Shown here piece by piece: positions 24,809 to 33,317 of a stretch of 33,317 bases of DNA (within the stretch, counting starts at the first letter, position 1; every line of letters begins with the position of its first letter). The translations under genes were made by a program, and so were the position numbers. Where the stretch lies: the NCBI GenBank assembly GCA_038046605.1, contig JBBSVW010000069.1:1-33317 (forward strand), in the 5' to 3' direction. Origin of the DNA: Candidatus Micrarchaeota archaeon. Lineage in GTDB: Archaea > Micrarchaeota > Micrarchaeia > Norongarragalinales > SBBD01. The notes below the pieces were generated by a model. It was not told where the DNA came from. It saw nothing but the letters and a program-made list of their open reading frames with translations, and made no database searches.

Positions 24809-26092
24809 TCAAGTGAGGAGCGCTGCGATGGCCTCGTGAGATCCCAGCAGCACCTTCCATAATGGGATTCGGGGAATGTCGCCTTTTTCCGAGTCCATCT
24901 TAGTGATCATAACCCCCTTCCAGCCCTTCCTATGCTCGAGGAAGAATTGCAGGTTCCTTTCATCCGCACTTGTCAAATGCGCCTGATACTTCACTTCAAT
25001 TGCAACCTTTTTCCCGGGCAATAGCAGGTCCACCTCGTGCCCTTCAGGGGTTCGCCAGAAAAATTTAGCATCCAAAGCATTTGCAGCTGCATTTTCCGCA
25101 AGCGCTCCAATAGGCACATCCGGCCGCAGCGCATGAAGCACCCCGGTATCGGCGAAAACTATCTTCTTGGAGGTGCGCCTTTGTTTTATGATGGAAGGCG
25201 TATGATTGTATATGGTCCGGAGCAGCAGAGTTTTTTCCAACAGTGCAACCTGCGTTGCCACAGTAGGATGGCTTACGCCCAGCACCTGCGCGAGGGGCTG
25301 GAGCTGATACGTCGAACCTGCAGTGCCGGAAAGCAGCTCGAGCGATTTAAATAGGAGGTCGGGATTCGCGCTGGGAAATGCCGCAGGGAAATCCTTGTAA
25401 AATAATGGGCCCAAGAGCGATTCCCTGACGTATTTGGAACGCTCATTCTCATCGGCCTCCAGGGTTATTTCAGGCAAGCCGCCGGCTAAAAGGTATTCAT
25501 TGCATTCCGCTTGCAGTTCCCCGGCCCTTCGCGCCCTTTCGTGCCCGCTTCCTGCGTAAGCCTTTTTTCCCTTCGCAAGCAACCGTTCATTCAGGCTGAA
25601 GGGGGTGACATTGATTATCTCAAACCGCCCCGCAAGGCTCTCCGCAGTGCGCTTATCGAATTCTATCGCCGAACTGCCGGTGGCAACGAATTTGACGTCG
25701 GTGCGGTCGTAATGCCGCTTGAGGACATCTTGCCATTTGGGCACGAAAGGCACCTCGTCCAAAAAAATAATTTTCGCACCCTGCCCCTGGAAGTAATTCA
25801 ACAGCGAATCCAAATCTTCAGGAGTTGCGTTCATGGCCCTATCGAATTCGAACCACGCAATTTCCTTGGGTTCCCCAGCTTCGCCCAAAAACCTGATGAG
25901 CAATTGCTGCGCGAGCACTGACTTGCCCGTCCTTCGCAGCCCTCTTAAAACCGTGATGTATTTTTTCCTTGCTGACCTTTGCAACGCCGGAAATGCCTCC
26001 CTTTCGATGAGCCGCCCTCCAATCCGCTTGATCGAGAACTGTCCGGCCTCCCAATGCCCATTTTGCAATAATGCTTCTTTCACAAAATCCAT
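24809..26092 (-). CDS. AAA+ ATPase (AAA_14) with DUF4143 / PD-(D/E)xK-like C-terminus
   Basis: GLRRTGKS, FLDEV, TGSS, LAGR, GGLPE, KIVFADTG, FWR...EVD...IEVK. Confidence 0.92.
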   Translation of the reverse strand: MDFVKEALLQNGHWEAGQFSIKRIGGRLIEREAFPALQRSARKKYITVLRGLRRTGKSVLAQQLLIRFLGEAGEPKEIAWFEFDRAMNATPEDLDSLLNYFQGQGAKIIFLDEVPFVPKWQDVLKRHYDRTDVKFVATGSSAIEFDKRTAESLAGRFEIINVTPFSLNERLLAKGKKAYAGSGHERARRAGELQAECNEYLLAGGLPEITLEADENERSKYVRESLLGPLFYKDFPAAFPSANPDLLFKSLELLSGTAGSTYQLQPLAQVLGVSHPTVATQVALLEKTLLLRTIYNHTPSIIKQRRTSKKIVFADTGVLHALRPDVPIGALAENAAANALDAKFFWRTPEGHEVDLLLPGKKVAIEVKYQAHLTSADERNLQFFLEHRKGWKGVMITKMDSEKGDIPRIPLWKVLLGSHEAIAALLT

Positions 26093-26093
26093 A

Positions 26094-26133
26094 TTATGAA
26101 AACCAAACTTTCATAAACTGGAAAGCTTAAATA
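26094..26133 (-). promoter_or_regulatory. TATA-like box plus palindromic operator upstream of the AAA ATPase
   Basis: TTATGAAA-N7-TTTCATAA (26094-26116); TATTTAAG on the minus strand at 26126-26133. Confidence 0.55.
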
Positions 26134-26170
26134 CCTTTCGGAAGGTAAAATCCGGGAAAACAAGCGGAAT

Positions 26171-26282
26171 TTGAACGGTTTCTCCTGCGATCTGCTAAAA
26201 AAAGGATTGCGGAACGCATTTCGATGCGGATGATCTGGCTGATGCCATTCCAATTGCATGCCAAAAGGGTATTGGAAAATAG
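26171..26282 (+). pseudogene. Displaced duplicate of the nnrD 3' end
   Basis: LNGFSCDLLKK (+1 shift in the A run) DCGTHFDADDLADAIPIACQKGIGK* vs nnrD LNGLAGDLLKKERGVHFDADDLADYFGVAFEMALEKK*. Confidence 0.85.
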
Positions 26283-26365
26283 GGAATGGAAATGGGCGGG
26301 TTATTTGGTTAAACTCTGCTAGGTGCAATTAGCAAATATCAAACCCGAATTGCCCCATTCCCTAT
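26279..26365. terminator. Long hairpin between convergent units
   Basis: ATAGGGAATGG/CCATTCCCTAT perfect 11-bp arms; inner CGGGTT/AACCCG and ATTTG/CAAAT. Confidence 0.5.
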
Positions 26366-26373
26366 CATCCCCC

Positions 26374-27243
26374 TTAGAGCTTGAAGGGCAGGATGTAGTA
26401 TAAGGACATTGCAAGGAGCGCAAAGAACACAATCGGCGGCAGCGCCGGCCAATACCCCTTCTTTTTTTCAATGTAGAAGAAAAGCAGGCTTATCCCGAAT
26501 GTGGCCCCCAGGGCGGCGGCCATGGAATACCAGAAGCCTATCTTCAAGGCGGAAACAACCAACATTGCGGGAATGGCAAGATCACCAGTCCCCAGCTCCA
26601 CGGCGCCCAGAACTTTCTTGGTGTACATCTTCTTGAGCCTATCCGCCTGTTTTTTGGGCAGGATTTTTCCCTTCAAATCGGATGGGAATGTTATGCTAAA
26701 GCCCGCCTCCCGTTCACCCAGCTCCTTTGCAAGCGTCACCATGTGCTTTGTGTAGAAAACCGCCACCACATCATACACTGAAAGCGCCATGGCGAGGATG
26801 GCCGCCGGAAGAATGTCCAACGAGGCGCCCAATAGTGCGCCCACAATCGCGCTCGCAAAAAGGAGGAAGATATTTTTGTAGGATGGGTAAATAACTCTTA
26901 GGACAACGGCAGCTATTCCAAGTATCAATGCCCAAGAAATGGCAAAATCCCCCGGAAGCACCAGGTCCGGAAAGGGCATGAGCGCAAAAAAGATGCTAAA
27001 TGAAACAAAGACCATGGAAAGCTCCAAAAGGTAGAAGAGCATTTTTCCCTTGTAGAATTTGAGCAGAACAAGGATGCCAACGGCTGCCGCCAGGATATAG
27101 CCAAATAGGAAGGCGGAATTCCCAACATCCGATGGATCCTTAGTTACGCTAACCTGCGCAAGGATGAACAGCCATCCGACAATTATTGCAAGCAATTGCA
27201 CGTTGATGAACGAGAGCAGTATGTAGAAGGATCCGGTTTTCAT
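26374..27243 (-). CDS. Presenilin/signal peptide peptidase-family GxGD intramembrane aspartyl protease
   Basis: SVYD, TKHMVTLA, LGTGD, PALP; about nine TM segments. Confidence 0.93.
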   Translation of the reverse strand: MKTGSFYILLSFINVQLLAIIVGWLFILAQVSVTKDPSDVGNSAFLFGYILAAAVGILVLLKFYKGKMLFYLLELSMVFVSFSIFFALMPFPDLVLPGDFAISWALILGIAAVVLRVIYPSYKNIFLLFASAIVGALLGASLDILPAAILAMALSVYDVVAVFYTKHMVTLAKELGEREAGFSITFPSDLKGKILPKKQADRLKKMYTKKVLGAVELGTGDLAIPAMLVVSALKIGFWYSMAAALGATFGISLLFFYIEKKKGYWPALPPIVFFALLAMSLYYILPFKL

Positions 27244-27378
27244 TGTTTTGCACCTTGAAAAGCATGGTTTATGCTGAATTTGATAATTTCACGAAATGGG
27301 CGATTTGGAATGGATTTGATCCAGATTTACCGGGCAATCGTATTTTCATTTTTAATATTAATGCTTGTTCCATTCTTT

Positions 27379-27663
27379 CTAGCCCTTCCCGTCCCCGTAT
27401 TTCATGTGGTAAAAGTAGCTGCCTCCCAAAACAAGCAGGTAAACAACGAATACCATAATCGTATTGATCGGGATCCTAAGGAGGAAATTCAGGAAGAAGA
27501 TGATCAGCGGAGGGATTGTAAGTGAAAAAGTAAGTGAATAGACCGCCCTTTCAATGGCGTCCGCCTCATTTTTCCGGAAGAACACAAACGAGAGGAAATA
27601 GCCGGCTGCAAAGAACAGTGCCAGCCCCACAATTGCCTGGATGGCGCCAACAAAATCGACCAT
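27379..27663 (-). CDS. Small three-TM membrane protein (DUF1616-like)
   Basis: GY.LS.VFF...DAIERAVYS..FS...P pattern. Confidence 0.7.
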   Translation of the reverse strand: MVDFVGAIQAIVGLALFFAAGYFLSFVFFRKNEADAIERAVYSLTFSLTIPPLIIFFLNFLLRIPINTIMVFVVYLLVLGGSYFYHMKYGDGKG

Positions 27664-27832
27664 ATTTTAAACCCCTTCACGCAAGAATATCCAAAATAAC
27701 GGATAAGAACATTTTAAATCTATCTAATGGGTATAAGCAAAGGCAGATTACGCGGCAATTGGCAGATGGGAATATATTTGAAAAGTATTCGGATTTTGTT
27801 TGCATCCAAAGTCCGCTAAAATCAGGAATACA

Positions 27833-29023
27833 ATGGATAAGAAAGCTGTTGTCATAGGCGCATCGGCTGTAGGCAGCATTACCGCCAGGGAGCTTGCAAA
27901 TCGCGGAATTGAGGTTGATTTGCTCGAGGAGGATTCGCGCGTTGGGAAATTCGGCAAGTGCGGGGGCATCTTCTCGAAGCATGGCATGGATTGCACGGGT
28001 GTAAATTACAAGGATTTGGTGCTCAATGAAATTAAGGGGGCAAGGATAGTATCCGGGCAGGAGGAACTTAAAGTAAGGACACCCCACACCCAAGCCGTCG
28101 TATTATCTCGCCAAGCCTTTGATGAACGGGCAGCTGATGAGGCGGTTTCCGCGGGCGTAAATTTGCATCTCAATTCGCGCGTTAGGAATTTTGAAGTTGA
28201 TGGGAGGGCAATTGAATTGGTTAATGGGAAATCAAATGTAGGTGGTGGCGGTGTTGTAAAATCGAATTCATCCGGCAAAGGCCACCTTTCCGCAATCACA
28301 ACGGATGGTGTTTCATATTCGGGGAATGTTGTGATTGGCTGCGATGGCAATTCCTCCATCACCGCAAGGAAGCTTGCATTCCCCGAAATTGCGCTCTCGG
28401 ACATGGTAATCAGCTACCAGGCGGAATTTGCAAAGGCGGATGTCCCGGAGCCCGACATGGTGGATCTGTATTTGGACCATTCCGCCTACAAGAATTTCTT
28501 CATGTGGACGATACCAATTTCTAAGGAAAAAATAAGGGTGGGAGTGGCGACAACGGAAATAAAGGAAATTGAGAAGGCAAAAGCCGCAGCATTCAAGGAG
28601 CCCTATATTGCAGGTATGCTCGAAAAATCATACAAAACATTCGAGTTTTACCATATGATTCCCCTAAGATACCGCAAAAAGACGCAAATGAAAATGGGGG
28701 ATGCGGGCTATGCCCTCCTGGTCGGGGATGCGGCTGGCCAGGTGAAGGCAACTTCCGGAGGCGGTGTTAATTTTGGCGCCAAATGCGCAAAAACAGCCGC
28801 AAGGGAAACGGCGAAATATTTATTGGAAGGGGGAAATATGAATTATGAAAACGCCTGGAGAAAGGAACATGGCGGCGTCCTCAAAATGCATTATCTTCTC
28901 CATCGGGCATACCGACTCTTCCCGGATTGGCTAACGGAATTCTCGCTAGGCGCAGTCAAACGGCTGGGGATGAGGCGCCTCCTCGAATCAAAGGGGGATA
29001 TGGATTATGTTTTTAGGCTCTAA
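27833..29023 (+). CDS. Geranylgeranyl reductase family FAD-dependent oxidoreductase (probable start 27833)
   Basis: VVIGASAVG, KCGG, SRQAFD, IGCDG, LVGDAAGQVKATSGGG. Confidence 0.88.
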   Translation: MDKKAVVIGASAVGSITARELANRGIEVDLLEEDSRVGKFGKCGGIFSKHGMDCTGVNYKDLVLNEIKGARIVSGQEELKVRTPHTQAVVLSRQAFDERAADEAVSAGVNLHLNSRVRNFEVDGRAIELVNGKSNVGGGGVVKSNSSGKGHLSAITTDGVSYSGNVVIGCDGNSSITARKLAFPEIALSDMVISYQAEFAKADVPEPDMVDLYLDHSAYKNFFMWTIPISKEKIRVGVATTEIKEIEKAKAAAFKEPYIAGMLEKSYKTFEFYHMIPLRYRKKTQMKMGDAGYALLVGDAAGQVKATSGGGVNFGAKCAKTAARETAKYLLEGGNMNYENAWRKEHGGVLKMHYLLHRAYRLFPDWLTEFSLGAVKRLGMRRLLESKGDMDYVFRL

Positions 29024-29076
29024 TTTCTAATCGTGATATATGCATTAATTTTGTCATGCGGCAATAATTTGAATGC

Positions 29077-30819
29077 TTAGATTATCCCCCTTTCAATAAG
29101 GTGTTGCCTAACCCTTGCATAGATATCGTTTTCGACCAAGGAGGTTAGCACTTTGGAACTGGGCTTTGCTGCAAATCCCCTGAAATCAAGAATTGCCTGG
29201 TTGGGAATGCCCTTCTGCAGTGAATATGGCTTTCCATCAACCAATAGTGCGCTTAACTTGAGCCCCTTTTCAACCCCAAAATGCGCAATTGCCGCCTCCC
29301 TTCCGGTGGCGCCGCTCCTTATGGCAATAGGAACCATCTGATCCCCTTTCCTGAAAAAGACAATGTTGTGATCCTCCCAGAGGCGCTCTTTAATTATGTT
29401 GAGGCCCGATTTTTCCCCAGTTTGGACCATGTTCCTTAGCATGTTGAACCTATCCTTGATGATTTCATCAACCGAGGTAATACCTTTCCTTGCCGTAGGG
29501 TGCAGGGCAACGCCCATTTCGGCGATTTCGTCCATTTTCTGGGTGCGTATGTGGACCTCAATCAAATTCTGTGGGTTTCCATCGACCGCAATGCGATAGT
29601 GCAGCGCCCTGTAAACTCCACCCCTTGGATTTTTGATGTAATCCTTGTGGAGAGTCACGTTATGCGCTCCGTATTGCTTGCGCAGCAAAACACCTGTCTT
29701 GTAGACGCTGTTCATGTCCTTTTCGACAATCGTGAGCGCGGTGCTGTCGTAAATATGGGAAAGCGCTTCCGAAAGCAGGCTGTCGGGTATGTCTACTCCG
29801 ATTTTTGGCGTATGCATCTGGCTTTGCCCCCTGAACCTGTCCACCTTGGATAGCCCCTGCTCAATTCTGGACACAAGCATATTGAATGTGGGTTTCTTCT
29901 CACCAGCCCGGTACATCCTGACAAGGTTATTGTGAGTGTTGTACCTGAAATATTCCTCCACTTGGCTTTGGATTTCCGCCCTTTCCGCTACAGTGCTCGC
30001 CTCGGTATGCGCCTCCTTCATCCCATATAGGAAAGCCCTTTCATCGTCTATTTTGGCAGGAGAGGTGTGTTTTGAATTGCTTAGGATTTTAAGCGCTTTC
30101 CTGTACGCGCTAAAAGCGGTCTTGCCCCTCGCCCTTGATGCAAGCACCGTAATGCCCCGTTTTTGCAAAAAATTGACTATAATCTGCCGCTGTGATTCTG
30201 CCTTTTTCTCGTTATCCTGCGTTTTCCCAACTGACCGCTCGACCTTGGCATGGATGTCCGGATAGAGCCGCTTGAATGCTGCCTCCTCCAGGTCCCTTTG
30301 TATTGCGCGTGGCATTATCCAGTCGGCGATTGGCGAGTAAATCATTAGTGCGGATCTTGCCATTGCCCTCATTTCACTTTCAATTGCTAGGCGCTTGTCG
30401 CGCTTCATTTTGGATGTATCCATAGGATGCATTAGCCTGTCGCGGATGTCAAAAATCCTTACCATGAACGCAAGCGGATTTCGGACCTTGTCGGTTTGCT
30501 TAAGGAATACACTCAGGTCATCTTGCCTTTCCAGGTGCTTTAGCCTTGAAGCCAGCGTGAAGTAATCTGCGTGCAAAGATTTTTCGCTGTCGGACTTATA
30601 CGGGGCGGTATCCAATGGAAGGCCATGATTATGCAAAACCCGAACAACAGACGGGGGCATGTTGAATCGGTATGCCGTGCGCGCCAGCCTTTCGTAATGG
30701 GGATCGTAGTGGCCTTTAAGGGCGCCATAGAGCTTGGTTCCTACCCTGATTTCCGCATCGAGCACGTCCTTTTTTAGGACCTCATCCAAGATTGCGAGGC
30801 TTTTCTTTACGGGTGACAT
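29077..30819 (-). CDS. Divergent long RelA/SpoT homologue (degenerate HD domain, SYNTH domain with large insert, TGS-like domain)
   Basis: DRL...IYSPIA...LEEAAF; RGKTAFSAYRK; IYD; KDYIKNPRGGVYRALH; EVHIRTQKMDEIAEMGVALH; SGAT...VDGK (TGS-like). Confidence 0.85.
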   Translation of the reverse strand: MSPVKKSLAILDEVLKKDVLDAEIRVGTKLYGALKGHYDPHYERLARTAYRFNMPPSVVRVLHNHGLPLDTAPYKSDSEKSLHADYFTLASRLKHLERQDDLSVFLKQTDKVRNPLAFMVRIFDIRDRLMHPMDTSKMKRDKRLAIESEMRAMARSALMIYSPIADWIMPRAIQRDLEEAAFKRLYPDIHAKVERSVGKTQDNEKKAESQRQIIVNFLQKRGITVLASRARGKTAFSAYRKALKILSNSKHTSPAKIDDERAFLYGMKEAHTEASTVAERAEIQSQVEEYFRYNTHNNLVRMYRAGEKKPTFNMLVSRIEQGLSKVDRFRGQSQMHTPKIGVDIPDSLLSEALSHIYDSTALTIVEKDMNSVYKTGVLLRKQYGAHNVTLHKDYIKNPRGGVYRALHYRIAVDGNPQNLIEVHIRTQKMDEIAEMGVALHPTARKGITSVDEIIKDRFNMLRNMVQTGEKSGLNIIKERLWEDHNIVFFRKGDQMVPIAIRSGATGREAAIAHFGVEKGLKLSALLVDGKPYSLQKGIPNQAILDFRGFAAKPSSKVLTSLVENDIYARVRQHLIERGII

Positions 30820-30849
30820 TTGTACCAACCCTATATAGCTTATTAACCC

Positions 30850-30855
30850 TTTAAA
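30850..30855. promoter_or_regulatory. Candidate bidirectional TATA box
   Basis: Palindromic TTTAAA 31 nt from the RSH ATG (30819) and 33 nt from the alaS ATG (30888). Confidence 0.5.
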
Positions 30856-30887
30856 TTTCTTCTATTGGTATTGTTGTGAGTGTAAGC

Positions 30888-33317
30888 ATGCTTTCAAAGG
30901 AAAAATTAGTCGCGGAATTCGAAAAGGAGTACAGGAAGTACTACGAAGTGGAACTTTTCCGGAAGGAGGGGTTCACGAGGAAGAAGTGCAAAACCTGCCA
31001 AAAGGCATTCTGGAGCACAACCGATGCGCTAAATTGCGGTGATTCCGCGCACAATGATTATTCCTTCTTTGATAAGGAGCGTGCCAAAAAGGATCAGCTC
31101 ACCTATTCACAGTTCTGGAAGCTTTACGCAGATTTTTGGAAAAAGCACGGCCATGAGGTGCTTTCCCGCTACCCTGTGATTTGCAGGTGGCGTGACGACC
31201 TTTATTTTACAATCGCATCGATAGTGGATTTCCAGCGCCTTGAGAAGGGAAAAGTTGTTTTCGAATACCCCGCAAACCCCCTGATGGTCCCCCAGATTTG
31301 CCTGCGGTTCGTGGATATTGCAAATGTGGGAGTCACCGGCAGGCACTTTAGCTGCTTCATGATGGCAGGGCAGCATGCGTTCAATGAGAACTGGAAAATT
31401 AGCGGATTGGCTGGATCGGTTGGCAGGGGGCCCGTTGAAAATGCCAAATCGGAAAATATTGATGGCGGCAAAATCTCATTATTGGAATCAAAGGGATTGA
31501 AGGGTAAATTCCAATCAACCAAACCAGCCCAAAACCCCTATTGGAAGGACAAATGCATTGAGTTGAATTATAAATTCCTCACGCAGGTTTTAAAGATTCC
31601 CAAAGACGAAATCACCTACGTGGAGGATTTGTGGCACATGCCGGATTTTTCCGCATTTGGCCCTTCGATTGAAAGCTTTTCCGGCGGCCTTGAACTGGTC
31701 AATTCCGTTTTCATGCAGTTCCGCGCCCTCGAGGATGGCTCATTCGAGGAGCTGGATACGCGTGTCATTGATGTTGGCTGGGGCTTTGAGCGCCTGCTTT
31801 GGTTTTACAACCGCACCCCCTCCGCGTACGATTCGGTCTTCCCGCAGGAAATCGAGTTCATGAAAAAAAGGAGCGGGTTAAATATCGATAAGGCGCTTTT
31901 TGAATCCTATTCGAAGCTCGCCTCAAAGCTCAATATCGAGGAGGTCCACAACATTAAGGGGGAAAAAGAGCGGATTGCAAAAGCCCTTGGGATTAGCTTC
32001 AATGAACTTGAACGCACCATTTCCCCCCTCCAGGCAATATATGCGATAGCTGACCATTCCAGAACGCTGCTTTTCGCACTCTCGGATGGGGCGCTTCCCT
32101 CAAATTCAGCCGGCGGCTACAACCTTCGAATCCTGCTTCGCCGCGCCTTTGGGTTCATTGACGAGTATAATCTGGATTTTGACGTCCACGAGATCATGAA
32201 ATTGCAGGCAAAAAGCTACGAGGATATTTTCCCCGAGCTTTCAGAGAATTTGGATGGGATTGGAAAGATCCTTGCAATTGAGCGCAGGAAATACGGCGAA
32301 ACAATTGAGAAGGCAAAACGGCTTGCCGCCGATGTCCTCAAAAAGGGCGAATTCAACACGCAAAAGCTTTCAATGCTCTACGAATCGCACGGGCTGACGC
32401 CGGAAATCCTGGATAAGGTCGCTAGGGAGATGAAAATTGAGGCGAATGTGCCAACTGATTTCTACCGCAAGGTGACCGAAAAGCACATCATGGAAGCAAA
32501 AGGGAAAAAGGACCCATTGCTAGACGATCCCAAATTCCAAAAAATCCCCAAAACCAAATTAGTCTACTACGAGGACCCGAACAAACTCGAGGATAAGGCA
32601 AAAGTGCTTGCAATTTTTGGCAACAAGGTGGTTTTGGATAAAACGATAATTTACCCGGAGGGCGGAGGGCAGGTTGCCGATTTTGGGAATATTGGGGAAG
32701 CAAGAGTTGTAGACGCGCAAAAACTTGATGGAATAGTTTTGCATGAAATCGAAAAAGGAGGCCAATCAAAGGAAGGGCCGGGCAAACAGGATAAAAAATC
32801 CAGTTCAGCTGGCAGCAACATTCCCATTAAGGAAGGCGCGTCATACGAAATCAAGGTGGACGCTGATCGCCGCATGTCCCTTCGGAGGCATCACACGGCA
32901 ACCCATCTAATGATTGCAAGCTGCCGGCAGGTGCTTGGGAACCACATCTGGCAGGCTGGCGCCAAAAAGGAGGAGGGGGAAGCGCACCTGGACATTACGC
33001 ATTATGAAAAACCCTCAATGGAAGAGCTCCGGAAAATCGAGAATGTGGTAAACAAGCATGTGCTCTCGAATGTAAAAACAAATATCCGCTTTATGGATAG
33101 GGGCGAGGCTGAAAGGCAGTACGGATTTAGGCTTTACCAGGGAGGCGGCGCTATTGGAAATGTCATCCGTGTGGTTGAATACCCCGGAATTGATGTTGAG
33201 GCTTGTGGAGGCTTACACTGTGATTATTCATCCCAGCCGGGCATCATAAAGATCGTCGGCTGCGACCAGATCCAGGATGGGATTGTGCGAATCCGCTATA
33301 AGGCAGGCGAAATGGCA
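30888..33317 (+). CDS. alaS: Archaeal-type alanyl-tRNA synthetase, truncated by the window end (missing from the ORF track)
   Basis: Hand translation of key segments: GFTRKKCKTC...FW...CGD, RYPVICRWRDDL...IASI, GRH, HAFN, YWKD, ELVNSVFMQF, IDVGWGFER, IADHSR, FYPEGGGQ-like, HHTATH, QAG, ACGGLH. Confidence 0.96.
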   Translation, partial: MLSKEKLVAEFEKEYRKYYEVELFRKEGFTRKKCKTCQKAFWSTTDALNCGDSAHNDYSFFDKERAKKDQLTYSQFWKLYADFWKKHGHEVLSRYPVICRWRDDLYFTIASIVDFQRLEKGKVVFEYPANPLMVPQICLRFVDIANVGVTGRHFSCFMMAGQHAFNENWKISGLAGSVGRGPVENAKSENIDGGKISLLESKGLKGKFQSTKPAQNPYWKDKCIELNYKFLTQVLKIPKDEITYVEDLWHMPDFSAFGPSIESFSGGLELVNSVFMQFRALEDGSFEELDTRVIDVGWGFERLLWFYNRTPSAYDSVFPQEIEFMKKRSGLNIDKALFESYSKLASKLNIEEVHNIKGEKERIAKALGISFNELERTISPLQAIYAIADHSRTLLFALSDGALPSNSAGGYNLRILLRRAFGFIDEYNLDFDVHEIMKLQAKSYEDIFPELSENLDGIGKILAIERRKYGETIEKAKRLAADVLKKGEFNTQKLSMLYESHGLTPEILDKVAREMKIEANVPTDFYRKVTEKHIMEAKGKKDPLLDDPKFQKIPKTKLVYYEDPNKLEDKAKVLAIFGNKVVLDKTIIYPEGGGQVADFGNIGEARVVDAQKLDGIVLHEIEKGGQSKEGPGKQDKKSSSAGSNIPIKEGASYEIKVDADRRMSLRRHHTATHLMIASCRQVLGNHIWQAGAKKEEGEAHLDITHYEKPSMEELRKIENVVNKHVLSNVKTNIRFMDRGEAERQYGFRLYQGGGAIGNVIRVVEYPGIDVEACGGLHCDYSSQPGIIKIVGCDQIQDGIVRIRYKAGEMA

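Larger units (their letters stand above)
20092..26239. mobile_element. Defence islet inserted at the 3' end of nnrD, flanked by direct repeats; no integrase inside
   Basis: Identical 24-bp core GCATTTCGATGCGGATGATCTGGC at 20092-20115 and 26216-26239 within longer similarity; cargo of TA and AAA genes, all on the minus strand. Confidence 0.75.

Noticed and set aside
31386-31538. Intein in alaS or in the RSH insert
   Set aside because: No Cys/Ser start with His-Asn end splicing motifs, and the alaS insert is too short
1-33317. tRNA, rRNA, transposase or integrase genes
   Set aside because: None recognisable by eye; tRNAscan and HMM searches would be needed to exclude them formally

Overview
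Archaeal genomic window, most likely from a DPANN-type lineage such as Micrarchaeota (inferred from GGTGA-type RBSs, TATA-like promoters, archaeal-type AlaRS, geranylgeranyl reductase and a presenilin homologue). From left to right: (1) a 1265-aa surface protein (beta-helix, inserted LamG, Ig-like, dockerin, cohesin-like); (2) a ~14 kb copper/heavy-metal island (4127-18235) with a BlaI/CopY repressor and M56 peptidase, two proteins ending in LPNMVGGC, a DUF411/CopG-like CxxC protein, CcdA, many small Met/His/Cys-rich membrane proteins, unannotated micro-ORFs, a membrane-bound wHTH regulator with phased palindromes, cupredoxin, two stand-alone HMA proteins, an HMA-Met-rich membrane protein, CopA and a CPA2 antiporter; (3) nnrD, whose 3' end is duplicated 6.1 kb downstream and brackets an integrase-free defence islet with two AbiEi/AbiEii type IV TA modules and an AAA+/DUF4143 ATPase, where the modules are separated by repeated copies of the 5' end of a small HTH gene, like a cassette array; (4) housekeeping-type genes, including a degenerate long RelA/SpoT homologue (unusual in archaea) placed head-to-head with alaS, which runs off the window end. 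All family calls come from motifs read by eye; no database searches were run.
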